Shown: positions 13,841 through 14,048 of the stretch, one piece after another | How positions within the stretch are numbered: the stretch's first letter is position 1 | Layout of the letters: every line of letters begins with the position of its first letter | Source: a virus | Lineage: Duplodnaviria > Heunggongvirae > Uroviricota > Caudoviricetes | Direction: 5' to 3' (one strand) | Length of the DNA: 14,048 nucleotides | Virus record (IMG/VR): IMGVR_UViG_2582580966_000010 | Translations under genes and position numbers: made by a program | The notes under the pieces: model-generated | The model's database searches: none | Seen by the model: only the letters and a program-made list of their open reading frames with translations | What the model was told of the DNA's origin: nothing

Positions 13841-14048
13841 GGTAATGACTCCAACTTATTGATAGTGTTTTATGTTCAGATAATGCCCGATGACTTTGTC
13901 ATGCAGCTCCACCGATTTTGAGAACGACAGCGACTTCCGTCCCAGCCGTGCCAGGTGCTGCCTCAGATTCAGGTTATGCCGCTCAATTCGCTGCGTATAT
14001 CGCTTGCTGATTACGTGCAGCTTTCCCTTCAGGCGGGATTCATACAGC
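13841..14048 (-). mobile_element. IS1 insertion sequence, right-end portion (IRR at 13841-13863), continuing beyond the window
   Basis: The reverse complement of 13841-14048 matches the IS1 right end as remembered, ending ...CACTATCAATAAGTTGGAGTCATTACC, including the terminal inverted repeat GGTAATGACTCCAACTTATTGAT. Confidence 0.85.
13856..14048 (-). CDS. insB: IS1 transposase InsB, C-terminal part (5' end outside the window)
   Basis: The reading frame ends ...[21 protein letters not shown] with a stop at 13856-13858, matching the InsB C-terminus; the ORF runs off the window edge. Confidence 0.75.
   Translation of the reverse strand, partial: LYESRLKGKLHVISKRYTQRIERHNLNLRQHLARLGRKSLSFSKSVELHDKVIGHYLNIKHYQ

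Noticed and set aside
1-14048. CRISPR array or other long direct-repeat array
   Set aside because: No regularly spaced direct repeats were seen by eye; only isolated hairpins.

Overview
This window is the late-gene region of a lambdoid enterobacterial prophage, similar in layout to E. coli Qin and to Stx-converting phages, and almost all of it is coded on the minus strand. All calls rest on reading the sequence and on remembered protein families; no database search was run. Reading the minus strand from high to low coordinates: the outer end of an IS1 copy (13841 to the window edge); an AT-rich operon of small unrecognised genes (12448-13775); a hok/mok type I toxin; a Rem-like ORF; a DUF968/YdfU-like protein; RusA; a Q antiterminator with a candidate pR' promoter and tR' terminator; a small wHTH-like ORF; an AppY-like AraC regulator; three phage tRNA genes; a TerB-family protein with a coupled 53-aa membrane microprotein where stx sits in Stx phages; a NanS-p-like sialate O-acetylesterase; two small ORFs; then a lysis cassette of pinholin, SAR endolysin and nested Rz/Rz1. 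A 74-aa ORF and a TonB-C-domain lipoprotein follow, and a small RHH-like gene lies on the plus strand. The best candidates for an undescribed system are (1) the two-gene insertion splitting holin from endolysin, which includes an antisense gene with its own RBS and terminator, (2) the TerB plus microprotein pair, and (3) the small-gene operon between hok and IS1, which contains ATGA-coupled tandem paralogs. None of these could be assigned a function from sequence alone.
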